NCBI GenBank assembly: GCA_963666735.1
Contig: OY762926.1
Location: forward strand, 928,001-992,000
Source of the DNA: Gemmatimonadota bacterium
GTDB lineage: Bacteria; Gemmatimonadota; Gemmatimonadetes; Palauibacterales; Palauibacteraceae
Reading direction: 5' to 3'
Length of the DNA: 64,000 nucleotides
Shown here: positions 22,325-33,606 of the stretch, one piece after another
Layout of the letters: each line of letters begins with the position of its first letter
How positions within the stretch are numbered: the stretch's first letter is position 1
Position numbers and translations under genes: made by a program
Notes under the pieces: model-generated
What the model saw: only the letters and a program-made list of their open reading frames with translations
Database searches by the model: none
What the model was told of the DNA's origin: nothing

Positions 22325-23142
22325 TTCATCCCCTCGTCGTCCGCCTCGTTTTCGTCGTCCGCCAGCATGGCCGCCGCCGACGCGACGGCGACCACCGCAG
22401 CCGTCTCGAACCTCAGTGTCGCCCGGCTCATGGAAACGGGCTCGAAGCCCGCTTCCGAGCACCGGCGCCGCTCCGGGCTCGTCAGGCCGCCCTCCGGCCC
22501 GACCGCGACGGTCAGCGGGCGCCCGGCAGGTCCCTCCTCCGAGCCGCGGGCGATCGCGCCGCCGCGCAGCGGCCGCCCCGCCGTGTCCGCGAGCCACCCG
22601 GCTCCCTCGTGGCGCCCGAACGCCTCCGCGGGCGTCAGGGGGCCTTCCAGCCGGGGGAGCCAGCCGCGGCCCGATTGCTTCAGCGCCGCCCTGGCGCGGC
22701 CTTCCGCTCTTCGCAGAAATCCGTCGGAGCGCCCGGCATCGGCCACGGAACGCGACCGCTCCCACTCGATCCACGTTATCGTGGCGGCGCCCAGTTCCAC
22801 GACCTTCTCCACGAGCCAGAGGGAACGATCGCGATGCGCCACGGGGGCCCAGAGGTGCAGCGGGAGCGCGGGCTCCGGCGGGAGGGGGGCGAGCAGACGG
22901 CAGCTTGCGCGGCGCCGGTCCAGGGCCACGAGTTCCGCCTCCCAGCGGCTCCCGGCGCCGTCGATGACCACGAGACGGCGGCGGCGGCGGATCCGGGCGG
23001 CACGGATATGGCCAACTTCATCGCTCGCGAGGCTGGCCCGCGCGCCGGCTTCCAGGCCCGCAAGGCCATCGGCGAAGAACGTCTGCGGCGACGTCCGCCA
23101 CCGTGTCGATTCCCTGCCCGCGCCGTCTTCTGGATCGCTCAC
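22321..23142 (-). CDS. rsmE: 16S rRNA m3U1498 methyltransferase
   Basis: [26 protein letters not shown]. Start uncertain. Confidence 0.88.
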   Translation of the reverse strand: MSDPEDGAGRESTRWRTSPQTFFADGLAGLEAGARASLASDEVGHIRAARIRRRRRLVVIDGAGSRWEAELVALDRRRASCRLLAPLPPEPALPLHLWAPVAHRDRSLWLVEKVVELGAATITWIEWERSRSVADAGRSDGFLRRAEGRARAALKQSGRGWLPRLEGPLTPAEAFGRHEGAGWLADTAGRPLRGGAIARGSEEGPAGRPLTVAVGPEGGLTSPERRRCSEAGFEPVSMSRATLRFETAAVVAVASAAAMLADDENEADDEGMK

Positions 23143-23341
23143 GAGGCGCAACGTATCCGTCGTCGGCGGGCCGTCGCCACCAACGTCGCGCGCTTCGCGG
23201 CGGAGCCTTTTCCGGCGGCGCCTCGAACCCTTATGTTCGCTGCGCCGAAGCGGCCCGCCCAGCACGAAGTTGTCTCGCGCGGCCTCCGGCTTCCCGGCAT
23301 TTGGGCCAGCCAAGGGCGATTCAACTCGCGCGAGGGGGCGA

Positions 23342-25399
23342 TTGAACGAGACAACGACCGCCGAAGCCGTTTCCGGGTCCGCTCCGAGCGCGGGTCCCTC
23401 CGTAGAATCCCAATCCATCGACACGATCCGCACGCTCGCCATGGACGCGGTCCAGCGAGCCGGTTCCGGGCACCCCGGCACCGCGATGGCGCTCGCCCCC
23501 GTAGCGTACACCCTGTGGATGCGCCACATGCGCTACAGCCCGCGAGATCCCGCCTGGTTCGATCGGGACAGGTTCGTGCTCTCCGCGGGCCACGCGGCGA
23601 TTCTCCAGTACGCCGTTCTCCACCTGACCGGGTTCGATCTGCCGCTGGAGGAAATCCGCAATTTCCGGCGCGCGGGGAGTTGCACGGCGGGCCATCCGGA
23701 GTACCGCCATGTCGACGGCGTCGAGACGACGACGGGCCCCCTGGGCCAGGGCGTCGCGAACTCGGTGGGGATGGCGATCGCCGAAGCGCACCTCGCGGCG
23801 GTGTTCAATCGGCCGGGCCACTCGATCATCGATCACCGGACGTACGTCATCTGCAGCGACGGCGACCTCATGGAAGGCGTCTCGTACGAAGCCGCCTCGC
23901 TCGCCGGGCACCTGGGACTCGGCAAGCTCCTCTGGCTTTACGACGACAATAAGATCACGATCGATGGCGACATCGATCTCGCCTTTTCCGAGGATGTGCG
24001 CGGGCGATTCGAGTCGTTGGGATGGCATGTGCAGTCCGTCGGAGACGCGAACGACGTGGCGGCGCTCGATGCGGCGATCGAAGGCGCGCGGAGCGTGGAT
24101 GACCGTCCATCCCTGATCATCGTCCGCTCGCACATCGGCTACGGCGCCCCCAACAAGCAGGACACGGCCGCCGCGCACGGCGCGCCGCTGGGCGAGGAGG
24201 AGATCCGGCTCACCAAGGAGGTATACGGCTGGCCGGCGGAACCTCCGTTCCTCGTGCCGGACGCCGTCCGGAGCCACATGGGCCGGCAGATCGCGCGCGG
24301 CGAAGCGCTCGCCGCGGAGTGGGGGGAGCGCTTCGAGCACTATCGCGCGGAGCACTCGAAGCTGGCTGCGGAACTCGAACGCCGCATCCGGTCGGATCTG
24401 CCGGTGGCGTGGGATGAGGATCTGCCGGATTTCGGCCCGGACGACGACCCGATCGCCACCAGGGCCGCCTCCGGCCGGATCCTGAGCGCGCTGGCTCCCC
24501 GCCTCCCCGAACTCATCGGCGGGAGCGCCGACCTGTCGGGCTCGAACAATACGTTGATCGACTCGCCGAACTTCTCGCGGGACGCACCCGAGGGCCGCAA
24601 CCTGCGGTGGGGCATCCGCGAACACGCGATGGGCTCCATCGCGAACGGACTTGTCCTCCACAGCGGCATTCGGCCGTACATCGCCACGTTCTTCACGTTC
24701 ACGGACTACGCCCGACCGTCGATACGGCTCGCCGCCCTGATGGGACTGCCCAACATCTACGTGATGACGCACGACTCGATCGGCCTCGGGGCCGACGGGC
24801 CGACCCACCAGCCGATCGAGCACCTCGCCTCCTTCCGCGCGATGCCCGGCGTCGTCGTGCTGCGGCCGGCCGACCCGGAGGAGACGGTTCACGCGTGGCG
24901 CGTCGCGATCGAGCGCGGCGCGGGGCCCACGATGCTCGTGCTCACGCGCCAGAAGGTCCTCCACCTGCAGCGCGCGGCCGGCGCTGCCCGCGATGGGGTG
25001 GGGCGCGGCGCCTACATCCTCAGACCGGAGCCCGGCCCACTCGAGGTCGTGCTCCTCGGCACCGGTTCGGAGCTGCAGGTGGCGGTCGAAGCGGCGGAAG
25101 CCCTCGAGGCCCGGGACGTATCGGCGCGCGTGGTCTCGTTTCCGAGCTGGGAACTCTTCCGGGCGCAGCCGCGGGCATACCGGGAAGAAGTCCTCCCGGC
25201 GGGGGTTCCGCGGGTCGCGATCGAAGCCGGGGCCACGCTCGGGTGGACGGAGTGGGTGGGGGCGGACGGCGCCGTGATCGGGATCGACCGCTTCGGCCAG
25301 TCCGCGTCGGCGGCGGACAACTTCACCCGCTTCGGGTTCACGGCGGAGGCCCTCGCCGCGCGAGCCCTGGAGGCGCTGGCCGCGGAGCGCCCGGCGTGA
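23342..25399 (+). CDS. tkt: Transketolase
   Basis: [49 protein letters not shown] start with G-rich SD. Confidence 0.96.
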   Translation: MNETTTAEAVSGSAPSAGPSVESQSIDTIRTLAMDAVQRAGSGHPGTAMALAPVAYTLWMRHMRYSPRDPAWFDRDRFVLSAGHAAILQYAVLHLTGFDLPLEEIRNFRRAGSCTAGHPEYRHVDGVETTTGPLGQGVANSVGMAIAEAHLAAVFNRPGHSIIDHRTYVICSDGDLMEGVSYEAASLAGHLGLGKLLWLYDDNKITIDGDIDLAFSEDVRGRFESLGWHVQSVGDANDVAALDAAIEGARSVDDRPSLIIVRSHIGYGAPNKQDTAAAHGAPLGEEEIRLTKEVYGWPAEPPFLVPDAVRSHMGRQIARGEALAAEWGERFEHYRAEHSKLAAELERRIRSDLPVAWDEDLPDFGPDDDPIATRAASGRILSALAPRLPELIGGSADLSGSNNTLIDSPNFSRDAPEGRNLRWGIREHAMGSIANGLVLHSGIRPYIATFFTFTDYARPSIRLAALMGLPNIYVMTHDSIGLGADGPTHQPIEHLASFRAMPGVVVLRPADPEETVHAWRVAIERGAGPTMLVLTRQKVLHLQRAAGAARDGVGRGAYILRPEPGPLEVVLLGTGSELQVAVEAAEALEARDVSARVVSFPSWELFRAQPRAYREEVLPAGVPRVAIEAGATLGWTEWVGADGAVIGIDRFGQSASAADNFTRFGFTAEALAARALEALAAERPA

Positions 25400-25857
25400 A
25401 GCTGGCGCTCGGTGCGGACCACGCGGGCGTCGGCTACAAGGACGCACTCGCCGCGGAGCTTCGCGAAGCGGGCCACAAGATCGTCGACGTCGGCACGCAT
25501 GGCACGGATTCCGTCGACTACCCCGACTTCGCCTTCGCCGTCGCCGAGCAGGTGGCTCGCGGCGAGGTGGAACGGGGCATCGTCATCTGCGGATCCGCCG
25601 TGGGCGTCTGTATCGCCGCAAACAAGGTGCCGGGAGTACGGGCGGGCGTCTGCCACGACACGTATTCGGCGGCGCAGGGGGTCGGTCACGACGACATGAA
25701 CGTCCTCTGCATGGGGGAGCGCGTGATCGGGATCGCCCTCGCACGCGCGATCACGGACGCGTTCCTGAGCGCGGCTTTCTCCGCCGAGCCGAGGCATCGA
25801 CGCCGGCTCCAAAAGGTCTTGGACATCGAAGCTCGACACCTGAAATCGGACACCTGA
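25396..25857 (+). CDS. rpiB: Ribose-5-phosphate isomerase B
   Basis: [31 protein letters not shown]. Confidence 0.94.
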   Translation: MKLALGADHAGVGYKDALAAELREAGHKIVDVGTHGTDSVDYPDFAFAVAEQVARGEVERGIVICGSAVGVCIAANKVPGVRAGVCHDTYSAAQGVGHDDMNVLCMGERVIGIALARAITDAFLSAAFSAEPRHRRRLQKVLDIEARHLKSDT

Positions 25858-25882
25858 ACACACGACGGGGAGGGGAGAAGAG

Positions 25883-27034
25883 ATGAGCGCGCTGCTTCAA
25901 CTTCACGAGCACGGCCAGAGCTATTGGCTCGACAACCTCACGCGCGGGATGCTGGTCGACGGAGAGCTGGCTCGCCGGGTCGAGATCGAAGGGTTGAGAG
26001 GGGTCACGTCGAACCCCGCGATTTTCCATAACGCCATCACCCGCGGCGCGCAGTACGACGAAGACATCTCCCGCTTCACTGCCGAGGGTCTCGATGTCGA
26101 AGATGTCTATGACCGGCTCACGATCGCCGATGTGCGCGGCGCGTGCGATGTCCTGCGGGGCGTGTGGGAGAGTTCCGGAGGGGTCGACGGATATGTTTCC
26201 CTCGAAGTTTCCCCCCACCTGGCGAACGATACGGAGGGCACGGTGCGGGAGGCCCGCCGCCTCCACGATGAGGTGGCGCGCGAGAACGTCCTCATCAAGA
26301 TCCCCGGGACTCCGGCCGGCGTGCCGGCCATCCGGCAGGCGTTGTTCGAGGGCGTGAACGTGAACGTGACGCTCCTCTTCTCCATCGCGGCATACGAGAC
26401 GGTCGCCGAAGCGCACACCGAGGCGCTGGAGCAGCGGCTCGACGCGGGTCGCCCCGTCGACGATGTCGCCTCGGTGGCCAGCTTCTTCGTGAGCCGGATC
26501 GACGCGCTGACCGACCGGAAGCTCGGCGAGCTGGCCGATGCCCCGGAGGGCGACCCCGCTCGCTGCGAGGCCCTGCTCGGCAAGGCGGCGATCGCCAACG
26601 CGAAACTCGCGTACGTCGGTTTCCAGCGACGGCTCGCCACGGACCGCTGGGCCCGTCTCGCAGGGCGCGGCGCTCGTCCGCAACGCATGCTGTGGGCGAG
26701 CACGAGCACGAAGAACCCCGCGTATTCCGACGTGAGGTACGTGGAGCCGCTCATCGGCGACCTGACTGTCAACACACTGCCGGAGAAGACGATCGACGCC
26801 TTTCGGGACCACGGGCGCTCCGCCCGCACGCTGACGGAGGGTGTCGACGAAGCCCGGCGCACGATGGCGGAGTTGGCTGCCGCCGGGATCGAGTTGGACG
26901 CGGTCACGGACCAGCTTCTGGCGGAAGGCGTCGAGAAGTTCGCCGTCCCCTTCGATCGGCTTCTCGCGAGCCTCGAGGAGCGGATGGCGCGGCAGCCCGC
27001 CGCGGCCGTCGCGTCGGGGTCCGCTACGCGGTAA
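25883..27034 (+). CDS. tal: Transaldolase
   Basis: SYWLDNL, GVTSNPAIF, SLEVSP, IKIP, NVTLLFS, SFFVSRID, LWAST. Confidence 0.94.
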   Translation: MSALLQLHEHGQSYWLDNLTRGMLVDGELARRVEIEGLRGVTSNPAIFHNAITRGAQYDEDISRFTAEGLDVEDVYDRLTIADVRGACDVLRGVWESSGGVDGYVSLEVSPHLANDTEGTVREARRLHDEVARENVLIKIPGTPAGVPAIRQALFEGVNVNVTLLFSIAAYETVAEAHTEALEQRLDAGRPVDDVASVASFFVSRIDALTDRKLGELADAPEGDPARCEALLGKAAIANAKLAYVGFQRRLATDRWARLAGRGARPQRMLWASTSTKNPAYSDVRYVEPLIGDLTVNTLPEKTIDAFRDHGRSARTLTEGVDEARRTMAELAAAGIELDAVTDQLLAEGVEKFAVPFDRLLASLEERMARQPAAAVASGSATR

Positions 27035-28178
27035 ACGCCGCCTTTACTCGCTCCCAGAAGCTCGGATCCTCGCCGCGGCGCGGCTCGGGCGGCGCATCTT
27101 CGACCTCCCGCAGCGACTCCAGGATCTCGCGCTGGCGCCGGGACAGTTCGCTCGGCGTCCATGTGTGTACCCGCACGAGCTGGTCCCCGTGCCCGGTAGC
27201 CCGCAACCGCGGCATCCCCTGCCCGCGAAGTCTCAGGATCTGCCCCGCCTGGATTCCCGCGGGCACCTTGAGCCGGGCCTGTCCGAGGATCGTCGGAACG
27301 TCGAGTTCGTCGCCCAGCGCCGCCTGGGAGAACGTGACGGGCAGATCGAGAACGAGGTCATCGCCCCTGCGCTCGAAGCGGTCGTGCGGCTCGACCTCCA
27401 CTTGCACTATGAGGTCCCCCGGCGGCCCGCCGCGCGGACCCGCATTGCCGCGCCCGCGAAGCTTCAGGTAGTCGTCGGACGAAATACCGGCGGGAATCTC
27501 GATGTCGACGGAGCGGTCGACCCGCACACACCCGGTTCGCCCGCAGTCGCGGCACTCGTCCGCGATCCAGGTGCCCTCCCCGCCGCAGGCGGAACAAGGG
27601 CGCACCGAGACGAATTGTCCCAGCATCGAGCGCTGGACCATGCGAATCTCGCCCGCTCCCTGACACGTCCCGCACGTTGAAGCCGTGCTTCCCGGTTCGG
27701 CGCCCGTCGCATCGCAGCGCTCGCACGCATCCAGACCAGAGACCCGGAGCGAGCGCCGGGCCCCCTCCGCCGCCTCTTCCAGCGTGATCGTGACGGAGAT
27801 CTTGAGGGTCGATCCGCGCCGTGGCTGGTTCGGGGATCGCGCATCCGCGAAGAGGTCGCCGAAGCCGCCCCCCCCGAACTCCCGCATGAACACGTCGAAC
27901 GCGTCCGAGAAGTCGTTGAACCCGGAGAACGGCGCCTCGCCTCCGCCGCCGCGCCGCACGCCGGCCTCGCCGTATTGGTCGTACAGCTTGCGCTTCCCCG
28001 GATCGCGGAGCACTTCCCACGCCTCCGTCACCTCCTTGAACCGTTCCTCCGCGTCGGATGCGGAATTGCGGTCCGGATGGTACTCCATGGCGAGGCGTCG
28101 GTACGCCCTCTTCAACCCGTCCGCGTCGACATCGCGGGAGACGCCGAGCAGCTCATAGTAGTCGCGGTGTCCGCTCAC
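27024..28178 (-). CDS. dnaJ: Chaperone DnaJ
   Basis: J domain with HPD, G/F region, four CxxCxxxG repeats. Confidence 0.96.
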   Translation of the reverse strand: MSGHRDYYELLGVSRDVDADGLKRAYRRLAMEYHPDRNSASDAEERFKEVTEAWEVLRDPGKRKLYDQYGEAGVRRGGGGEAPFSGFNDFSDAFDVFMREFGGGGFGDLFADARSPNQPRRGSTLKISVTITLEEAAEGARRSLRVSGLDACERCDATGAEPGSTASTCGTCQGAGEIRMVQRSMLGQFVSVRPCSACGGEGTWIADECRDCGRTGCVRVDRSVDIEIPAGISSDDYLKLRGRGNAGPRGGPPGDLIVQVEVEPHDRFERRGDDLVLDLPVTFSQAALGDELDVPTILGQARLKVPAGIQAGQILRLRGQGMPRLRATGHGDQLVRVHTWTPSELSRRQREILESLREVEDAPPEPRRGEDPSFWERVKAAFTA

Positions 28179-29218
28179 GGCGTCAGCCGCGTGAGAAGAT
28201 CGGAGGTCCAGTCGACGATGGAGACGACCTTGTCGTACGGCATGCGCGTGGGTCCGATCACGCCGACCGTGCCCTGCAGGCTGCCGACGACATAATTGGC
28301 CGTGACGATGGTGAGGTCATCGAGCTCGGGCTGGCCGTGCTCGGCTCCGATCGTGACATGCGGACCGTCCGAGCCGCCGCGGTCCCCGAGCACGGAGGCG
28401 AGCAGCTCCCGGCGCTCCGTGAGGAGCAGGAGATCGCGCAGGCGCCGGCTCGTCGTGAACTCCGGCTGCTCGGTCAGCGCCGCGGCGCTCCCGAGGTGGA
28501 TCTCACGCTCGCGGCGGGCCCAATCGAAGATGTCAGGACCGCTGTGCACGAAGATGTTCATCAATTCCTGGGCGCCGCGGTTGTTGAAACTCAGGTCGCC
28601 CAGCCGCTCGTGCAGCGTCGCCTGGATCTCGGAGATGGCGCTGCCCGCCAGCCGCTCGTTCAGCGCCTGCGACACCGCCTGGAGCGTCTCCCGCGGCACC
28701 CGGGTCGTCACGTCCACGTACACGGTGCGAACCACGCCGGACTCGATCGTGAACACCAGGAGCACCTTCTCGCTCGAAAGCGGCACGAGTTCAAGCCGCT
28801 CCAGCGTGGCCGTGGCGAGCGTCGGTCCCACCGCGAGGCCGAGTTCCCCCGTAAGCAGGCTGAGGACACGCGCCGCCTTGCCCACGAGATCCTCGACACC
28901 GCCCGCGTCGGCGTCCGCCAGTTCGCGTTCGATCGTCGCCCGGTCCCGCTTCCGGATGCTGCCCCAGCGCATGAGCGCATCGACGTAGTACCGGTAGGCG
29001 AGGTCTGTGGGAAGCCGTCCGGCGGAAGTGTAGGGGTGGCTCAGCAGGCCCTTCCTCTCGAGATCCGCCATCGTGTTGCGGATCGTCGCAGGCGACACGC
29101 CGAGCGCGTACTCCTTCCCGATCCGCCGCGAGCCGGCCGGGGCCGCCGTGCGGATGAAGGAGTCGATGACCGCCGCGAGGACGGCCCGTTCGCGCTCTGT
29201 CAGTGTTGGCAGGGTCAT
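28175..29218 (-). CDS. hrcA: Heat-inducible transcriptional repressor
   Basis: SPATIRNTMADLE, PYTSAGRLPT, YRYYVD, IGPTRMPY. Confidence 0.95.
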   Translation of the reverse strand: MTLPTLTERERAVLAAVIDSFIRTAAPAGSRRIGKEYALGVSPATIRNTMADLERKGLLSHPYTSAGRLPTDLAYRYYVDALMRWGSIRKRDRATIERELADADAGGVEDLVGKAARVLSLLTGELGLAVGPTLATATLERLELVPLSSEKVLLVFTIESGVVRTVYVDVTTRVPRETLQAVSQALNERLAGSAISEIQATLHERLGDLSFNNRGAQELMNIFVHSGPDIFDWARREREIHLGSAAALTEQPEFTTSRRLRDLLLLTERRELLASVLGDRGGSDGPHVTIGAEHGQPELDDLTIVTANYVVGSLQGTVGVIGPTRMPYDKVVSIVDWTSDLLTRLTP

Positions 29219-30369
29219 ACTCTCTCAGCCCCGGCGAGTTCGGCGGCGATCGTGTCCAGACGGAGCCAGCCTTCGACCGTCGCCATCCAGCGTCCGTTCC
29301 GCTCCTCCATCCACCCGGCGTCGGCCCAGTCGTCGAAGCCGAGTCCGCCCGACGAGATCCCGTGCACGAAATCGGGCGTCAATCCGCGATTCGTACGAAG
29401 GCCCAGCCAGATCCGTTCCAGTTCCTCCTCTTCCGGCCCCACGCGTTCCCAGCCTTCGAGCGGGCCGCGGCCCTCCTGCAGCGCGCGTTCATACCGGTCC
29501 CAGCGGAAGACGTTCCAACTGCGGATCGGCGGGAGGAATCCATGCGCGGACGGGCCGAGGGCAAGATACGACGTTCGGTTCCAGTACGACCAGTTGTGGC
29601 GGCACTGCTCTCCGGGCCGGGCGAAGTTGGACACCTCGTACTGCTCATACCCGGCCGCACGCAGGTCGCGCGAAAGGAGTCGGTACTCGCTCGCGTAGCG
29701 CTCCTCATCCGGCGCCCCCACCCGGCCCAGGCGGATCCATTCGGCCAACGGCGTGCGAGGTTCCACGGTCAGGCCGTAAAGACTCAGGTGAGACACGTCG
29801 AGCGTGGCGACGGCTTCCACCTCCGCCTCGATGTCTCGCGTCACTTCCGGGGGGAGACCGAAGATCAGGTCCACGCTCACGCGTTCGAATCCGGCGTCGC
29901 TCGCCTCCGCGACGGCTTCCGTGGCCCGGCGCCGGTCGTGAAGTCGGCCCAGCCACGTCAGAACCGCATCGTCCAAGGCCTGCACGCCGAGACTGAGCCG
30001 GTTAACGCCCGTCGACCGCCAGCTCGAACCGATGCGCGCATCGAAGGACGCGGGGTTTGCCTCCGCCGTCCATTCCGTGTGCGCGGGGTCGATGCGGAAC
30101 CAGGCGGAGATTCGCGAGGCCAACTCTTCCATCCCGGCGGCTCCCATGAGCGAAGGCGTCCCGCCTCCGACAAAGATCGTGTCGAGTGTGTCCCCCGGAT
30201 CCCATCCATTGCGCTCGAACCACCAGGCGAGTTCGACCTCGATCGCGGCGAGCCAGCGGGACACCGGCGGGGCGGGCGCGCGCTGGACGGAGAAATCGCA
30301 GTAGTGACAGCGATGCGCGCAGAATGGAAAGTGCACGTACAGGGAGCGTGGCGGGCGCCGGCCGGACAT
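29215..30369 (-). CDS. hemW: Radical SAM heme chaperone HemW
   Basis: YVHFPFCAHRCHYCDF, GGGTPS, EANP, YEVSNFA, HNWSYW. Confidence 0.92.
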   Translation of the reverse strand: MSGRRPPRSLYVHFPFCAHRCHYCDFSVQRAPAPPVSRWLAAIEVELAWWFERNGWDPGDTLDTIFVGGGTPSLMGAAGMEELASRISAWFRIDPAHTEWTAEANPASFDARIGSSWRSTGVNRLSLGVQALDDAVLTWLGRLHDRRRATEAVAEASDAGFERVSVDLIFGLPPEVTRDIEAEVEAVATLDVSHLSLYGLTVEPRTPLAEWIRLGRVGAPDEERYASEYRLLSRDLRAAGYEQYEVSNFARPGEQCRHNWSYWNRTSYLALGPSAHGFLPPIRSWNVFRWDRYERALQEGRGPLEGWERVGPEEEELERIWLGLRTNRGLTPDFVHGISSGGLGFDDWADAGWMEERNGRWMATVEGWLRLDTIAAELAGAERV

Positions 30370-31583
30370 CAGCGACCGCCCCGCCGCCGGACGGCGGCGA
30401 AGTTCCCTCCCGGCCGGCGCTCGACCCACCCTTCGAGCTCCAGCTGTCCCAGTCCGCCAAGCACTTTCGCGACGGGCATCTCGAGACCGACGGCCAGTTC
30501 ATCCGGCGAGCGGGGTCCCCGGGACAGCGCTCCGAGCAGGCGCCGGTCGCCGGAGGACCCGTCGACCGCCGGGGCGGAGCCTTCTCCCGATGGCGGCGAT
30601 TGCGGAAATTCCGGCGATTGCGGCTCGAGGCACAGCCAGCCCAGGGCGTCGAACACGTCCTGCACGCCGGCCACGAGCCCGGCGCCCTGCCGCAAGAGGC
30701 GAAGGCACCCGGCCGCGCCCGGATCATCGATCCGCCCGGGCACCGCGAGCACCTCCCGCCCCAGGTCCAGCGCATGGTCCGCCGTGTTCAAGGCACCGCT
30801 CCTTCCACCCGCCTCCACGACGATGACGCCCCGGGCGAGGGCGGCGATCACCCGGTTGCGGCGCGGGAACGCCGAACGCGCCGGGGGCGTCCGCGGCTCG
30901 AACTCGCTCAGCAGGATGCCGTGCGAACGCATCCTCCGGTACAGGTCCCGGTTCTCCGGCGGATATTCGCGATCGTGCCCGGTCCCGAGAACCCCGATGG
31001 TCGGCCCCCCGGCGTCGAGGGCGCCGGCGTGCGCCGCGGCATCGATGCCCCGCGCCATGCCGCTTACGACCGTCCAGCCCCAGCGTCCGAGTTCCCTTCC
31101 CAGGGTGTAGGCCGTACGCAGCCCGTAGGACGAAGCCGCCCGCGTGCCGACGACCGCGATCGTCCGCTCGGAATCCGGCACCCCGGCGCCACGCTGGAAG
31201 AGCACGGGGGGCGGATCGGGGAGATCGCGCAGTCCCGGGGCATATGCGGCCTCCCCACAGCCGGTGTATCCCGCCACGCAGAGCCCTTTCGCCCGCGCTT
31301 CGCGCAGGAGCGACCGCGCCCCCCCCTCGCCGGCGGGGCCGAGGGCTCCGGCCGTTCTCGCGACCGGAATCCGCCCGCCCCCGCGGAGCGCGCGCAGCTG
31401 GTCCGGCGAGAGGCGGCGCAGCGCCTCGAGCGCCTTCGATGCGCCGCCATGGCGGTCGACCAGACGCCGGACGCGACGCAGCCCGATGCCGGGGGCGCGG
31501 GCCAGGACGACGAGCGCCGCCAGTTCCCCATCCATCGCGCGCTCCGCCACCGAACGCTGCCCCGCCGAACGCTTCTCCGTCAC
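30369..31583 (-). CDS. dprA: DNA-processing protein DprA
   Basis: AVVGTR, VSGMARGID, FPRRNR, SGALNTA, AVPG, C-terminal winged helix. Confidence 0.93.
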   Translation of the reverse strand: MTEKRSAGQRSVAERAMDGELAALVVLARAPGIGLRRVRRLVDRHGGASKALEALRRLSPDQLRALRGGGRIPVARTAGALGPAGEGGARSLLREARAKGLCVAGYTGCGEAAYAPGLRDLPDPPPVLFQRGAGVPDSERTIAVVGTRAASSYGLRTAYTLGRELGRWGWTVVSGMARGIDAAAHAGALDAGGPTIGVLGTGHDREYPPENRDLYRRMRSHGILLSEFEPRTPPARSAFPRRNRVIAALARGVIVVEAGGRSGALNTADHALDLGREVLAVPGRIDDPGAAGCLRLLRQGAGLVAGVQDVFDALGWLCLEPQSPEFPQSPPSGEGSAPAVDGSSGDRRLLGALSRGPRSPDELAVGLEMPVAKVLGGLGQLELEGWVERRPGGNFAAVRRRGGR

Positions 31584-32626
31584 GGACGCCACGCCTCGCC
31601 GCTCTCGAACGGGTCCGCTTCGGTCTCCTCCGCCGCGATCTCCTTCTCCCGCTTCACGCGCGCCCAGAGACCCTCGAGCGCACCATCGAGGCCGACTCCG
31701 GTCACGGCCGAGATCGTGAACTGCCCCCAGCTCCCGGGAGCATCGACCGACACCGGCGGTTGCGGCGCGCCGGGAGTCAAATCGGCTTTCGTCAGGAGCA
31801 CGCAGTGCGAGATGCCGGCCAGCGCCGCGTCGTGCGCCCGCAGTTCCTCGCGCAGCAAATCGTACGTCGCCTGCGGATCTTCGTCGTCCAGCGGCACGAG
31901 GAGGGCGAGGGTGCGCGTCCGTTCGATGTGCCGCAGGAACTGCGTGCCCAGGCCGCGCCCCTCGTGTGCTCCTTCGATGATGCCCGGGATGTCCGCCATC
32001 ACGAACGAGCGGCTCCCGCTCAGGCCCACGACCCCCAGGTTGGGCGTCAGCGTGGAGAAGGGGTATTCCGCGATCCGGGGCTTCGCCGCCGTGACGCGGG
32101 CGAGGAGCGTGGACTTCCCCGCGTTGGGCTCCCCTACCAGACCCACGTCGGCGATAAGCTTGAGTTCGAGTTCGACGTGCCGCTCCTCTCCCCACTCCCC
32201 CGGTTCCCATTCGCGCGGCGTCTGTCGGGTGGGCGAAGCGAAGCTCGCGTTGCCCCGTCCCCCCCGGCCGCCGCGGGCCACGACGAGTTCATCTCCCTCA
32301 TCGAGTAGTTCACCGATCCGCTCTCCCGTCTCCACATCGCGCACGAGCGTCCCGAGAGGTACCGGCAGCCGCAGGTCTTCTCCCGAGGCGCCATCCCGGT
32401 TCTTCCCCTCCCCGTGACCGGCGCGGCCGGCCTTGTAGTGCTCGCGGTACGAGTAGTCGAGCAACGTGTCGAGTCGGCCGTCGGCAACGAGGACGACGCC
32501 GCCGCCGTTTCCGCCCCGACCGCCGGCGGGCCCTCCCCGGGGCACTCCCCTCTCGCGCCGGAAGGCGACGGCGCCCGCGCCGCCCGCCCCTCCCGTGACG
32601 TGTATTCTCGCTACGTCGACGAACAA
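31580..32626 (-). CDS. obgE: GTPase ObgE/CgtA
   Basis: FVDVA, GGPAGGRGG, GEPNAGKST, YPFSTL, DIPG, FLRHIER. Confidence 0.95.
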   Translation of the reverse strand: MFVDVARIHVTGGAGGAGAVAFRRERGVPRGGPAGGRGGNGGGVVLVADGRLDTLLDYSYREHYKAGRAGHGEGKNRDGASGEDLRLPVPLGTLVRDVETGERIGELLDEGDELVVARGGRGGRGNASFASPTRQTPREWEPGEWGEERHVELELKLIADVGLVGEPNAGKSTLLARVTAAKPRIAEYPFSTLTPNLGVVGLSGSRSFVMADIPGIIEGAHEGRGLGTQFLRHIERTRTLALLVPLDDEDPQATYDLLREELRAHDAALAGISHCVLLTKADLTPGAPQPPVSVDAPGSWGQFTISAVTGVGLDGALEGLWARVKREKEIAAEETEADPFESGEAWRP

Positions 32627-33606
32627 GATTCCCCCTCCACCGACAGCACCCCGACCTCGTTCCCGCATGTGTTCCGGACCACCGGGCGAGCGAAACCCTC
32701 CAGGTGGACGATCTCCTCGGGCGCCAGCAACGACAGCGTCGCCAGCGCGTGCACGACCGCCGGCCCGAGCGGCCGCGTGGCCCCATCCAGCACCTTGAAG
32801 GCCGCGCCCCACGCCCCCTCCGCGCTCGCAAGGCAGAAGACTCCCTCCGCCCCTTCCTTGGCGAGGATCCGACCCGAACTCGCCCGCATCAGGTTCGCCG
32901 AGAGCGCCGTGGGACCCGACACCAATGTCGGATGCGTCGTCATCGCGGTCACAACGGACCGCACGGCCGCCTCCGGCGAGGCGCCGACCTCCGCGAACAC
33001 CCGCGCCATGTCCCGCAGGGAAAGGGCAGGGGTCGGCAGGCCGCAGCCATCCGTCCCCCAGGGCAGGCGTTCGCAGTCTTCGCCCAGCCATGCCGAGAGT
33101 TCGCGGCGGACCGCGCGCTGGAGCGGATGCTCCGGTTCCTGGTAGCCTGCCACGGGCCAGCCGCGCGCGACACAGAACGCCAGCAGCGCCGCATGCTGAC
33201 CCGAACAGTTGTTGTGGATCCGCCCCGGCAGGCGCCCCGCCCGATCCATCTCTCGGGCCGCCCCGTCGTCGAACGGCCGGTGCGGCCCGCATGCGAACAT
33301 CTCCGGCGCCAGGTCCGCCGCGTCGATCACCGACTGCACGACGTTCAGGTGCCGCGGAGTGCCGTGGTGGGAAGCGCACGCCAGCGCGAGCGCCTCCGCC
33401 CCGAGCCCGAGACGCTCGAACACGCCGTCTCTCACCACCGGAAGGATCTGGACCGGCTTCATCGAAGAACGCCAGAAGGCCGTCAATCGGGGATCGCCGA
33501 AGGCGTGGCGGCGGCCGGAGAACCCGGTTTCGCGGACGATGCCGTACACGAGATGCGACGATTCCAGCGTCCCGGCCCGATCCACCGTGACGCGGATCGG
33601 TTCCAT
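32611..33606 (-). CDS. L-asparaginase II family protein (Rhizobium etli type)
   Basis: ESSH, RSSMKPVQ, CASHHG, NNCSGQH, DGCG, AKEGAEG. Confidence 0.85.
   Translation of the reverse strand: MEPIRVTVDRAGTLESSHLVYGIVRETGFSGRRHAFGDPRLTAFWRSSMKPVQILPVVRDGVFERLGLGAEALALACASHHGTPRHLNVVQSVIDAADLAPEMFACGPHRPFDDGAAREMDRAGRLPGRIHNNCSGQHAALLAFCVARGWPVAGYQEPEHPLQRAVRRELSAWLGEDCERLPWGTDGCGLPTPALSLRDMARVFAEVGASPEAAVRSVVTAMTTHPTLVSGPTALSANLMRASSGRILAKEGAEGVFCLASAEGAWGAAFKVLDGATRPLGPAVVHALATLSLLAPEEIVHLEGFARPVVRNTCGNEVGVLSVEGESCSST

Noticed and set aside
23143..23341. Basic peptide [17 protein letters not shown] upstream of rsmE, reminiscent of rpsU
   Set aside because: No S21 N-terminal motif and no independent start/stop; probably the divergent promoter region.
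22028..25399. 1123-aa ORF suggesting a transketolase fusion
   Set aside because: The extra N-terminal part is the antisense of HIT/rsmE; tkt has its own SD and TTG at 23342.
27024..30430. Expected CIRCE element near hrcA/dnaJ
   Set aside because: No TTAGCACTC-N9-GAGTGCTAA was seen by eye; the genes overlap with no intergenic space.
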